Shown piece after piece: positions 31,727 to 40,956 of a DNA stretch of 64,000 nt. The stretch is taken from assembly GCA_003282865.1 (NCBI GenBank), contig QBYK01000002.1:14562-78561 (forward strand), written 5' to 3'. The translations under genes and the position numbers were made by a program. The stretch's first letter is position 1, and the number at the start of each line of letters is the position of its first letter. Origin of the DNA: SAR116 cluster bacterium AG-325-I21 (lineage in GTDB: Bacteria; Pseudomonadota; Alphaproteobacteria; Puniceispirillales; Puniceispirillaceae). Below the pieces are notes generated by a model. That model was not told where the DNA came from, made no database searches, and worked only from the letters and a program-made list of their open reading frames with translations.

Positions 31727-32350
31727 TCATCGAGGGGTAAAGGGAGGTGAGGCAGTTATGACATGCAAAAAGCTGGCTGCGGATGACCGAGCAGACATAA
31801 GCCAAAAACATGGACTTCCATTATCATCAGGGCGGCGCAAAATAATGATTCCAAGATGTTCTATAATTGTGCGTGCTGTGGTGCCAATGGGCATTGCCGG
31901 TAAGCCACAATCAATTGGGCAGATCCGCTCTAAGGTCGTGTAAATAAGGGGTCCAGTAAGCGCGAGGATAACCCATGCATCCGATTGATCAGTCATTGCC
32001 ACTAGGTTTGATGTCATTCTGCCAAGCAGGTTCCTAGCTGTAGCCACTGGATCTGGAACATTACCATCAAAGCAGAGAAGCCACTGACCATGGGAGCTTG
32101 GCAGGAGCACACATGCGTTTTTACCTGTTTGCTCAAATGCATTTGTAGAACTTGGATAGCCACTGTTAAATAGTTTATCAATTGCGGTGTTAAATTCTGC
32201 CTCATTGCCAGTAAAGGGTGAAACCGAAACAATAGATCGCGGAGATGCCTCAAAAAGGCTTGCCCCATCAACGATTGTGCAGTGGCCATCAAGTGGGCTA
32301 GATGCGGTTAATGTGAAGGTGGATTTTTGGTTGGGTGAGGGACTAGCCAT
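31727..32350 (-). CDS. soxG: Sarcosine oxidase subunit gamma
   Basis: TDQSDAW, LERICPID, ARS.A.SF. Last gene of soxBDAG; start overlaps the soxA stop. Confidence 0.85.
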   Translation of the reverse strand: MASPSPNQKSTFTLTASSPLDGHCTIVDGASLFEASPRSIVSVSPFTGNEAEFNTAIDKLFNSGYPSSTNAFEQTGKNACVLLPSSHGQWLLCFDGNVPDPVATARNLLGRMTSNLVAMTDQSDAWVILALTGPLIYTTLERICPIDCGLPAMPIGTTARTIIEHLGIIILRRPDDNGSPCFWLMSARSSAASFLHVITASPPFTPR

Positions 32351-35300
32351 GAAGCCGCGTCCCCTCCGCATCATAGAAATGTTGGCTGGTTAATTTAACC
32401 CTGAAATCCTGATTATTTAGAAGATTAACTGCTCGAACAATATCTCCATGACGTTTACTGCCCCGGCGGATATAGCCAAGACCGATAGAGGTTTTCAAGT
32501 GCGGAGAATATGCCACTGAAGTCACCCAACCTTCATCATTCTCAGCTGTACTGGCGGCTCCAACCGCAATGAAATGGGCACCAGCGGTGAGCGAGATTGA
32601 GGGGTCAAGCGGGTAAAGGCCAACAAGTTCATAATCATCATTACGAACCATTTGCTCGCGGCGGCTTAAAACAAGACCGATTGAGTCCTTTTTTTGCGAT
32701 ACCATCCGGCCAAGTCCCATTTGTCGCGCTGATGTTTGCCCATTCATTTCATTACCGGCCACGTGACCTTTTTCAATCCGCATAACGCCCAGCGCTTCGG
32801 TGCCGTAAGCCGTGACACCAAATTCCTCGCCTGCTGCCATTAAAGCGCGCATCATTGAATCACCGTAACGGGCTGGCACCGCAATTTCGTAAGCAAGTTC
32901 ACCCGAGAAGGAGATACGAAACAGCCGCGCCTTAACCCCACCGCAAATAGAGATTGTACCGCATGCCATAAAGGGGAAGGCTTCATTCGAAATATCCTTT
33001 TTAGGATCAATCAACTTTTCCAATACGCGGCGGGCATTTGGTCCGGCAACCGCAAATTGGGCATATTGTTCCGTTACTGAAATCAAATGAACGTCCAGAT
33101 GCGGCCATAAACACTGATGACAAAACTCCAGATGCCGGAACACGGTTTCCGCATTGGCTGTTGTGGTGGTCATCAGATAATGTGTCTTGCCAAGCCGAGC
33201 TGTGGTTCCATCATCCATTACTATTCCATCTTCGCGAAGCATCAGACCGTAACGCGTTTTACCAACTGGTAATTTAGCAAATCCGTTGGCATAGACGCGG
33301 TTCAAAAAAATTCCAACATCGCGGCCTTGAATATCAATCTTGCCAAGCGTGCTTACATCACAAACGCCAACCGATCTCCGTACTGCAATAACTTCACGAT
33401 CAACCGATTGTCGCCATTCGGTTTCCCCGGGCCTCGGGTACCATTGGGCGCGAAGCCAGACACCAGTTTCAACGAATTTGGCACCTTGGCTAACGGCCCA
33501 TTCGTGAGAGGGCGTATGGCGTATCGGTCGGAATTCTTTACCGCGACTGCGCCCCGCAAAGGCAGCAATTGGAACGGGCGTGTAAGGTGGTCGGAAAATG
33601 GTGGTGCCAGTTTCGGCAAGCGTTTTACCTGATATATCAGAAAGGATGGCTAGTCCCGGAATATTGGCAATTTTGCCCTGATCAGTTGCCATGCCAAGGG
33701 TTGAATAGCGCTTAAGGTGCTCAATAGACCTAAAGCCCTCGCGATGCGCCAGCTTGATATCCTTAACGCCAACATCATTTTGGAAATCAACAAACGCATT
33801 ATTAATACTGTCTTTGACATGCCAGAAAGGTTGAATAGCAAAATCTTCATCATTAGCACTTGGTGCCTTTGTTTTGGACGGTTTTCTGCCCAGATCACGA
33901 ACGACTCTCTGCCCTGCTCCGATGCCATTTTTTAAGCAAGATGCAAGACCCATAGTGCCACTCGCCGCTCCAGTAACAATCATCCCATCAGGTAAGTTGC
34001 GCCCCGGTACAAAACCGGCAATCGCACCATTCCAAATAGGTTTGCCCCGATGATGGCAAGTCAGATGCACATTTGGCGACCAGCCCCCAGATACGGCAAG
34101 GCAGTCAGCTGGAATACGGGTGCCGTTGTTAAGCAAGATAGAACTCAAGCCAAGTCGTCCTTTGCTGTTGACAACATGCCCGCCACGCACGTAAAGCGCT
34201 CCGGCTGGCGGTGTCTTCTGGCCATCTGTCCTGGTGTCAATGATTGCCGTGATTTCAACCCCGGCTGCGTGCAAATCTTTGGCGGTGGCCCAACCATCAT
34301 CATTATTGGTGAAAATGGCAACGCGCTTTCCGGGGGAAGCACCAAACCGGTTTACATAGGTTCGAACTGCCCCCGCCAGCATAATCCCAGGCCGATCATT
34401 ATTGCTAAAGGCAATAGGCCGTTCGGTTGCACCGCCTGCCAGAATGCAGCGCTGACTGCGGATCTGCCAAAAAATTTGTCGGATATCTCCATTGGCGTCA
34501 TGCTCATTTACGCGTTCTAGCGCTCCGTAACAACCATGATCAAAGGCACCAAAAACGGTGGTTCTTGTTAAAATCCGTACATTTCCCATTGCACCCAATA
34601 TGCCCAGCGTTTCAGCTGCAAACATGGCACTACTCATACCGTTTATTTCTGCTGTTTCGGCGTTTAATCTGCCGCCAAGACAGAAATCTTCATCGGCTAG
34701 AATAACCCGCAGCCCAGACTCAGCTGCAGTAAGAGCCGCCATAAGGCCGCTTGGCCCACTGCCAATAACGAGCAGATCGCAATGCAAATAGCCTTTATCA
34801 TAGCGGTCAGGATCAGCCTCGCCTGATAACCTGCCAAGGCCGGCTGCTCTGCGGATCAGCGGCTCATATAACCTTTCCCAAAAGACAGTTGGCCACATAA
34901 ATGTCTTATAATAAAAACCAGCCCCAAGCATTGGTGATAACAGACCAATAACCGCCATAAGGTCAAACGATAAATACCCAATTTTGGTCTGGCTTTTAGC
35001 TACTAGCCCATCGAAAAGCTGAGTGGTGGTGGCGCGACAATTAGGATCCTTGGATGCACCGGTGCCAATTGTTACTAGCGCGTTTGGTTCTTCTGAACCT
35101 GCCGTCAGAATGCCGCGCGGCCGGTGATATTTGAAGCTGCGCCCAACTAGGCGCACATTATTGGCCAAAAGTGCAGATGCTAATGTATCGCCAGAAAACC
35201 CTGTATAATGCCGCCCATCAAAGCGAAAACTGAGTGGTTTACTCCGGTCAATGAGTCCACCGGAGATTCGGTTTTCTTGCGAGAGGCTTGCCGCGTTCAT
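32343..35300 (-). CDS. soxA: Sarcosine oxidase subunit alpha
   Basis: GDTLASALLAN, GRSFKYHRPRG, EHLKRYSTLGMATDQGK, C-terminal GcvT-like domain. Confidence 0.95.
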   Translation of the reverse strand: MNAASLSQENRISGGLIDRSKPLSFRFDGRHYTGFSGDTLASALLANNVRLVGRSFKYHRPRGILTAGSEEPNALVTIGTGASKDPNCRATTTQLFDGLVAKSQTKIGYLSFDLMAVIGLLSPMLGAGFYYKTFMWPTVFWERLYEPLIRRAAGLGRLSGEADPDRYDKGYLHCDLLVIGSGPSGLMAALTAAESGLRVILADEDFCLGGRLNAETAEINGMSSAMFAAETLGILGAMGNVRILTRTTVFGAFDHGCYGALERVNEHDANGDIRQIFWQIRSQRCILAGGATERPIAFSNNDRPGIMLAGAVRTYVNRFGASPGKRVAIFTNNDDGWATAKDLHAAGVEITAIIDTRTDGQKTPPAGALYVRGGHVVNSKGRLGLSSILLNNGTRIPADCLAVSGGWSPNVHLTCHHRGKPIWNGAIAGFVPGRNLPDGMIVTGAASGTMGLASCLKNGIGAGQRVVRDLGRKPSKTKAPSANDEDFAIQPFWHVKDSINNAFVDFQNDVGVKDIKLAHREGFRSIEHLKRYSTLGMATDQGKIANIPGLAILSDISGKTLAETGTTIFRPPYTPVPIAAFAGRSRGKEFRPIRHTPSHEWAVSQGAKFVETGVWLRAQWYPRPGETEWRQSVDREVIAVRRSVGVCDVSTLGKIDIQGRDVGIFLNRVYANGFAKLPVGKTRYGLMLREDGIVMDDGTTARLGKTHYLMTTTTANAETVFRHLEFCHQCLWPHLDVHLISVTEQYAQFAVAGPNARRVLEKLIDPKKDISNEAFPFMACGTISICGGVKARLFRISFSGELAYEIAVPARYGDSMMRALMAAGEEFGVTAYGTEALGVMRIEKGHVAGNEMNGQTSARQMGLGRMVSQKKDSIGLVLSRREQMVRNDDYELVGLYPLDPSISLTAGAHFIAVGAASTAENDEGWVTSVAYSPHLKTSIGLGYIRRGSKRHGDIVRAVNLLNNQDFRVKLTSQHFYDAEGTRLHG

Positions 35301-35710
35301 CTCGGTTGATCCTTAGCAGTGCTTAATTTGGCCCGTCTTTTTGCGTGCGCTTTCCTGCCTGCTCTCGCAACATTTGCCTCACTCGCAGATTTGGACGCTT
35401 TAGCGGCCGTCGATGCTCTTGAAGCCCGCGATGTTTTTGATGAAAGGACCACATCGCGGGCAAGGGCTACATCCACCACTTCATGCGTTACCGTATCACG
35501 TGTAACTACAAGCCATGACCGATCACCATGCTCGTGAAACCATAATTCACGGTGAATTCCTGCTGGATTGTCACGTAAATACAGGTATGCATAAAATGCA
35601 TCATCGGCATCATCTGCCTGCCAGTCAGGCCGTTTAAGCAGGCTTGCATCACCAATAATGGTGAATTCTGCGGCATCCCGTGAGCCAAGATTTGGATGAT
35701 TGATTATCAT
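35297..35710 (-). CDS. soxD: Sarcosine oxidase subunit delta with basic C-terminal extension
   Basis: G.RD..EF, YLYLRDNPAG..RELWFH, RDTVTHE. Lies between soxB and soxA. Confidence 0.9.
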   Translation of the reverse strand: MIINHPNLGSRDAAEFTIIGDASLLKRPDWQADDADDAFYAYLYLRDNPAGIHRELWFHEHGDRSWLVVTRDTVTHEVVDVALARDVVLSSKTSRASRASTAAKASKSASEANVARAGRKAHAKRRAKLSTAKDQPR

Positions 35711-35742
35711 TGCGTCAGATCGCTGTTCTTATCACTTGTCAA

Positions 35743-36993
35743 TCAATGTAAATTCGGCTGGGCACCAGCCCCGCGCTCGTCAAGCATTGCACCGCGCTGA
35801 AACCGGTCAAGACGCAGCTTTGTTGCTACTTTGTGTGGTTCTCCACGTGCCAAAAGATGCGCAAAACAAAGGCCAGAAGCAGGCGTGGCCTTAAACCCGC
35901 CGTAGCACCAACCGGCATTTAGATACAACTGATTAATTGGGGTTTTGTCTATAATTGGTGATCCATCCATCGACATATCCATAATTCCTCCCCAGTTTCG
36001 TAGCACCCGTGCCCGGCCAATCATTGGCATGATGGCCATACCACCTTCGCAAACATCCTCAAAAACTGGCAGGTTGCCCCGTTGCGCATAGCTGTTATAT
36101 CCATCAATATCTCCGCCAAAAACAAGGCCACCCTTATCAGACTGGCTGATGTAGAAATGTCCAGCACCAAAAGTAATTACACCCGGAATGACTGGCTTTA
36201 ATCCCTCACTAACAAAGGCTTGCAGAACATGACTTTCAATCGGGAGCCGCAACCCAGCTTTTGCCATAACACGGCTGGTTGATCCTGCAACCGCAACGCC
36301 AATTTTACCAGCCTGGATTCTGCCACGACTGGTCTTAACACCGGTGCATGTTCCATTTTTGATGATAAAGTCGGTGACCTCGCAATTCTGTATGATATCA
36401 ACACCGCGCTGATCGGCAGCCCGCGCATAGCCCCAGGCAACAGCATCATGCCGCGCAGTTCCGGCCCTTGGCTGCAGCAATCCACCCATAATAGGGAACC
36501 GCGCATTTTCAAAATCGAGAAACGGGCACATTTTTTGCAATTGATCCTTGTTCAAAAGTTTGGCATCGGCACCATGAAGGCGCATCGCATTGCCTCGCCT
36601 AATGAAGGCATCGCGTTGTGCATCGGAGTGATAAAGGTTGATGATGCCACGCTGTGACATCATTGCATTATAGTTTAGTTCCTTTTCCAAGCCCTCCCAA
36701 AGCTTTAGCGACTGTTCATAAAATGACTCATTGCCATCGAGAAGATAATTAGACCGAACGATGGTGGTATTTCGGCCGATATTTCCTGACCCAATCCAGC
36801 TTTTTTCCAGAACCGCAATGTTGGCCATGCTGTAACGGCTTGCCAAATAAAATGCTGTGGCAAGCCCATGTCCGCCGCCGCCAATTATGACAATATCATA
36901 ATGGGGTTTTGGTTCAGGTTCGCGCCATACCGGAGTCCAACCCCGATTGCCTTTTAGCGCCTGATTGACTATTGACCAGATTGAATATCGCAT
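35743..36993 (-). CDS. soxB: Sarcosine oxidase subunit beta
   Basis: GGGGHGLATA, GRNTTIVRSNY, ARHDAVAWGYA, GWCYGGFKATP. Start at MRYS. Confidence 0.95.
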   Translation of the reverse strand: MRYSIWSIVNQALKGNRGWTPVWREPEPKPHYDIVIIGGGGHGLATAFYLASRYSMANIAVLEKSWIGSGNIGRNTTIVRSNYLLDGNESFYEQSLKLWEGLEKELNYNAMMSQRGIINLYHSDAQRDAFIRRGNAMRLHGADAKLLNKDQLQKMCPFLDFENARFPIMGGLLQPRAGTARHDAVAWGYARAADQRGVDIIQNCEVTDFIIKNGTCTGVKTSRGRIQAGKIGVAVAGSTSRVMAKAGLRLPIESHVLQAFVSEGLKPVIPGVITFGAGHFYISQSDKGGLVFGGDIDGYNSYAQRGNLPVFEDVCEGGMAIMPMIGRARVLRNWGGIMDMSMDGSPIIDKTPINQLYLNAGWCYGGFKATPASGLCFAHLLARGEPHKVATKLRLDRFQRGAMLDERGAGAQPNLH

Positions 36994-37206
36994 ATCTACC
37001 CTAGCGATCGAACGCTCCACAACAAAGCCTGACTGTTGCAAAGATTAATGGAAAGAAAAAGACTTTTTTCACTGGAAATTAGTCAAGAGGAGGGATTGAT
37101 GACAAACTCGATAGGCCCAGTTGGAATGGGGTTGATCTGCAAGGATTCGTGGAAGACCACAATTTAAATGATGATTAATTCTAATTAGCCTTCGAAACTG
37201 AGGATC

Positions 37207-37434
37207 TTGATAGAGAGACTGGTAGGTGATTATTGCGGTACATCGTTCAATTGTGGTGCTGCACTGGGCAACGACCGATGCTGGTGGATGGATTCGTCAA
37301 ATATTCCTTGTGGATTTGATCTTGCTGGAGTTTTTGTTTGATCCAACTGCCTGACGCCGGGAAAGGGCAAGCAATTGGCCAAGACCCTTAAATTAAAACA
37401 GCGACAACATGCCGCATCGGCTCCTCAAGGTTAA
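37207..37434 (+). pseudogene. Decayed cysteine-rich CWC family protein
   Basis: TTG after GAGG reads DYCGTSFNCGAALGNDRCWWMD...GVFV*SNCL. This is the CxxCGxxFxCG..CWC..CxCxxCL pattern with several Cys lost and an internal TGA at 37339-37341. Confidence 0.6.
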
Positions 37435-37448
37435 TGAGCAAGTGCCAC

Positions 37449-38147
37449 TTATTTTATTTGTTTTTTGTAGCCACCAAGGATAGAAAAACGCCGAAGGAAA
37501 CTGGTCGCTGCATCATTGGGTGATTGGGGCCTTAACCTAATATTGGCAGGTGTTCCAGCAGGCTTGATAAAAATTTTGAGGGCCTCCTGCTGAGAAAATC
37601 CAGCAAGCTGAGTCGCTTCCAGCCAAGCAGCCATCCGATCCGCCCGCTTGATTGTGCGCTTCACACTGTCAGGAATGATGGGTGGCAGGCCAAACCGGAT
37701 ATTAACAGCGCGATCAAGTCTTTCCTCGATTTCGTGGTAAACGCCGCCAAGCACATGCTTGAACGGGGTGATCATATCACCAATTACATATTCAGGAGCA
37801 TCATGCAGTAAAGCTGCCAAAAACCACTTTTGATCTAGTTTTGGAGCATTGCCCCTCACAAGTCGCTCCACCATAATACTGTGCTGCGCGACTGAAAAAC
37901 TGTGTTTACCGCGGGTCTGACCGTTCCAGCGGCTAACTCGGGCTAGCCCATGAGCGATATCTTCGATTTCTATGTCCAGAGGTGAAGGGTTGAGAATATC
38001 AAGGCGTCTGCCGCTGAGCATTCGTTGCCACGCCCGTTCGGTTAAACCGTCCCTTTTTAGTTCTGCTTTGACTGATTTACCACGACTCCATTTTACGTCT
38101 AATTGACGTTTTAAAGCAGGTTTTTGCATAAGGGCGGTCACACTCAT
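37449..38147 (-). CDS. HD-family hydrolase (YfbR-like 5'-deoxynucleotidase)
   Basis: RAWQRMLSGRRLD, RWNGQT, SVAQHS, LLHDAPEYVIGD. Confidence 0.88.
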   Translation of the reverse strand: MSVTALMQKPALKRQLDVKWSRGKSVKAELKRDGLTERAWQRMLSGRRLDILNPSPLDIEIEDIAHGLARVSRWNGQTRGKHSFSVAQHSIMVERLVRGNAPKLDQKWFLAALLHDAPEYVIGDMITPFKHVLGGVYHEIEERLDRAVNIRFGLPPIIPDSVKRTIKRADRMAAWLEATQLAGFSQQEALKIFIKPAGTPANIRLRPQSPNDAATSFLRRFSILGGYKKQIK

Positions 38148-38405
38148 TAGCTGGAATTTTACTGACCCGTAATCATAGCGCGGCTTGCAATCTTGACACG
38201 GGAGGTGCCCTAAGCTAAGACGACCGGGGGAAGTACCTTGACAATTTTTTAAAAATTTTTCAAGCAGCAGTGATTTATTGCTTGTTCTATTTTATATCTT
38301 CCAGTCAACAAAACTGATCATCGCGTGGTGTTTTTACGTCGCTATAGTATCAAAAAATACCTGCTATGCCAAAAATGCACCATGACGCTGTGAAGGATTA
38401 TCTGA

Positions 38406-39104
38406 ATGGATTTTTTTGAAACACAAGAGCGCTATCGCCGCCAAGAGATGCGTGGCTGGTTTGCACTGCTTTTTCGTGTTGCTATTGTTGGTGGTGCGTT
38501 GTGGTTTGGCTGGGTCTGGGGAAAGGCTGAGCAATCTAGCCTGCAAGCGGAAGCAAATTTGGTGATTTACGAGAATAACGTGCGGATTAGTGAGCTTAGT
38601 AATGAGGTTCAATCATTGCGGCGCTCGCTTGCAGAAACTAAGGCGGCCGACATGGCAAAATCTGTAACGGGCGAGGAAAATGTTGCGTTACGACGGGTAA
38701 TTGCGAAGAAAATTGAGGCTGGGGTTAGACCAGAGCAAATTATTGCGTCGATGCAAGGCCTTGGTGACCCTGTGAATTGCCGAGAAATGGCTCGCCATGA
38801 TGTGGCCGTCGCAACCCCACTTTATGCCGGCCCGGAGTCAAAAATCACTCTCTTTGATGGTGGGTTGAAACTTCATGTGGAGGGAAACATCGGCAAAAAG
38901 GCTCGGCGAAATACTCCGTGGTTCGACCCCGATCAGCCGGTGCGCGTTCGGCAGGTTTTTCTGGGCAGTCAAAAAATAGAGTCCGGCGTTGTTCCAATGG
39001 AAACCATTATCCCAACCGAAGATTGGATATTGAAATTGCGCTTTGAGAAAGCCAGCCTTCATGGCTATGTCACAACAATTATTTCAAGTTGTATCCTACG
39101 CTAG
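38406..39104 (+). CDS. Hypothetical membrane-anchored coiled-coil protein
   Basis: 232 aa uninterrupted ORF with an N-terminal TM helix, a coiled-coil-like stretch and two Cys in the C-terminal domain. Confidence 0.75.
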   Translation: MDFFETQERYRRQEMRGWFALLFRVAIVGGALWFGWVWGKAEQSSLQAEANLVIYENNVRISELSNEVQSLRRSLAETKAADMAKSVTGEENVALRRVIAKKIEAGVRPEQIIASMQGLGDPVNCREMARHDVAVATPLYAGPESKITLFDGGLKLHVEGNIGKKARRNTPWFDPDQPVRVRQVFLGSQKIESGVVPMETIIPTEDWILKLRFEKASLHGYVTTIISSCILR

Positions 39105-39132
39105 CCGATATGGTTTTAGACGACACGTTCGG

Positions 39133-39753
39133 TTAATATGCGTCTGGACGCTTCATAGAAAACACATTCGTAATTTGGGCATAATCCATATAACCAAGAC
39201 GCGCTAGCGGCTGAAATGCCGTAACATCAACTTTTCCGTCTCTGATAACCTTGTCGTCAATATGGATACCGGTAATAGTGCCAACCACCATAATGCCAGC
39301 ATCTGCATTGTCTGGCTTTGGCAATTCAACAACTTTCCACAATTTGCATTCTAACGCAGCTGGTGATGCGGCGACGCGCGGCACGGACACGGTTTCACAG
39401 TCAGCCATTTCTAGGTTTGCAGCGGCAAATTCGCTCTCGCCATATGGCAGGCCACCTGAGGTAATATTCATCGCATTGCCAAGTGCGCTACTAACTACGT
39501 TAACAACAAACTCCTTGGTCTCCATGACATTGCGAATTGAATCCTTATGCCCTGAATTACCCATTGGTGCGCTGCTGAAAATCACCATTGGTGGCTGCTC
39601 AGAGATGGCATTGAAATAGCTGTAGGGAGCTAGGTTAATACTACCATCCCCTCCGCAGCTGGAAATCCAGCCAATGGGGCGAGGTGAGATAATGGCTTTT
39701 ATGGGGCTGAATGAAAGGCCTGCCTCTTTGTGTGTCCCGGGACGAAAATACAT
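39133..39753 (-). CDS. Flavin reductase family protein (DIM6/NTAB)
   Basis: PRPIGWIS, NLAPYSYFN, KDSIRN..ETKEFVVN, LARLGY.DY. Confidence 0.9.
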   Translation of the reverse strand: MYFRPGTHKEAGLSFSPIKAIISPRPIGWISSCGGDGSINLAPYSYFNAISEQPPMVIFSSAPMGNSGHKDSIRNVMETKEFVVNVVSSALGNAMNITSGGLPYGESEFAAANLEMADCETVSVPRVAASPAALECKLWKVVELPKPDNADAGIMVVGTITGIHIDDKVIRDGKVDVTAFQPLARLGYMDYAQITNVFSMKRPDAY

Positions 39754-39892
39754 GTTTTCAACTCCTTGTATTTATTGAGCGACGTTATTTGCATCTTTCC
39801 AAGGTGATGGGAAGCCATTAAGTACCCCACCTTAAATTGAAACCAAGAAATCAAGCAAACTGGATTTGCCGTATGTAATCGTGTATGCTGTT

Positions 39893-40072
39893 TTACGAGG
39901 GTGCGGTTTCGGCTTTTAGTCTTAATGTGCAAACACCGGTAAATATCTGTGCTACCAAAGATTCCTTACAAAGTGTGTGTGATGGTGCTGGCAGGCCTTG
40001 CTGATCACGCCATATCGTTGCGATTGATAAGGCGGTTATCAATACCAGCAATATCCACATTGTGCGGTTCAT
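39893..40072 (-). CDS. Small single-TM hypothetical protein
   Basis: ATG after AAGGAG, hydrophobic N-terminus, two Cys (LCKES...VCT). Confidence 0.6.
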   Translation of the reverse strand: MNRTMWILLVLITALSIATIWRDQQGLPAPSHTLCKESLVAQIFTGVCTLRLKAETAPS

Positions 40073-40098
40073 TATTCTGGTCTCCTTCACTTCGGAAA

Positions 40099-40548
40099 TT
40101 ACCAGTTTTTTATATGGTTGGGAAGATCATCCTCTTCAACTTCTGCCTCAGTTACAACACGGGCGACGACGGAATGACCGGCTAGGCGTGTGCTATCAAG
40201 ATTGCCTGTTACCAGTGGGTGCCATTTGGGAAGGTCCTTATTTTCTTGGATCAGCCTATACGCGCAGCTTTTTGGCATCCAACTGAGCATGCTTAAATTG
40301 TCGGGAGTCAGCAATACACAATCGGGAACATGCTTTTTGCGCTCAGCATATTTAGTACACCTTGCAGTTTGACAATCCAGTAATTTACAGCTCACATCGG
40401 TGTGGTGGACCACGCCGGTTTCCACATCCTCTAATTTTAGAACACAGCATTTTCCGCACCCATCACAGAGGGACTCCCACTGACCTTGGTCTAGCTTGTC
40501 GAGTGGAATGGTTTTCCAGAACTTGGTTTGGGACACAGTGATATCCAT
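40099..40548 (-). CDS. ycgN: YcgN/UPF0260 cysteine cluster protein
   Basis: WESLCDGCGKCC, C..Y..R...VPDC, W(M)PKSCAYR, WHPL. Confidence 0.92.
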   Translation of the reverse strand: MDITVSQTKFWKTIPLDKLDQGQWESLCDGCGKCCVLKLEDVETGVVHHTDVSCKLLDCQTARCTKYAERKKHVPDCVLLTPDNLSMLSWMPKSCAYRLIQENKDLPKWHPLVTGNLDSTRLAGHSVVARVVTEAEVEEDDLPNHIKNW

Positions 40549-40956
40549 TTTTTAACTTGATAGTGTCTTGTGAAACGTTACTTTAGCGGCGCTTCACTGG
40601 AATGATGGACTTAACTTCGCGCAGATAACATACCAGACTAACAATTGAAAAAATATACACGATTAGCATAAAAATAGTAGCAAGTTCGAATAAGTAAATT
40701 GTGACGATCCATTTGGACTTTGATAATATTGCTTTAGAATTAAGACCGCCACTGTTTGAGCATTTCTTTAAAATGGCCGAGCGTGATTTTTTATCTGACG
40801 GATTTTGAGAGCATGCCCGCTAGCCGCTTTTATTGCTTAGGTCGTGCAATGAGCTAACAGCTCTCATATTTGCCTTTGCCCGCTTTATTGCAATTTTTTT
40901 GCGGAAAAAACTGTCAACTACTTGCAGGGCTAGTTTGCGGGGTGCAAATTACTGGT

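Noticed and set aside
37000-37440. Glycine or other riboswitch upstream of soxB
   Set aside because: No aptamer consensus found on the minus strand. The interval is better explained by plus-strand gene debris.
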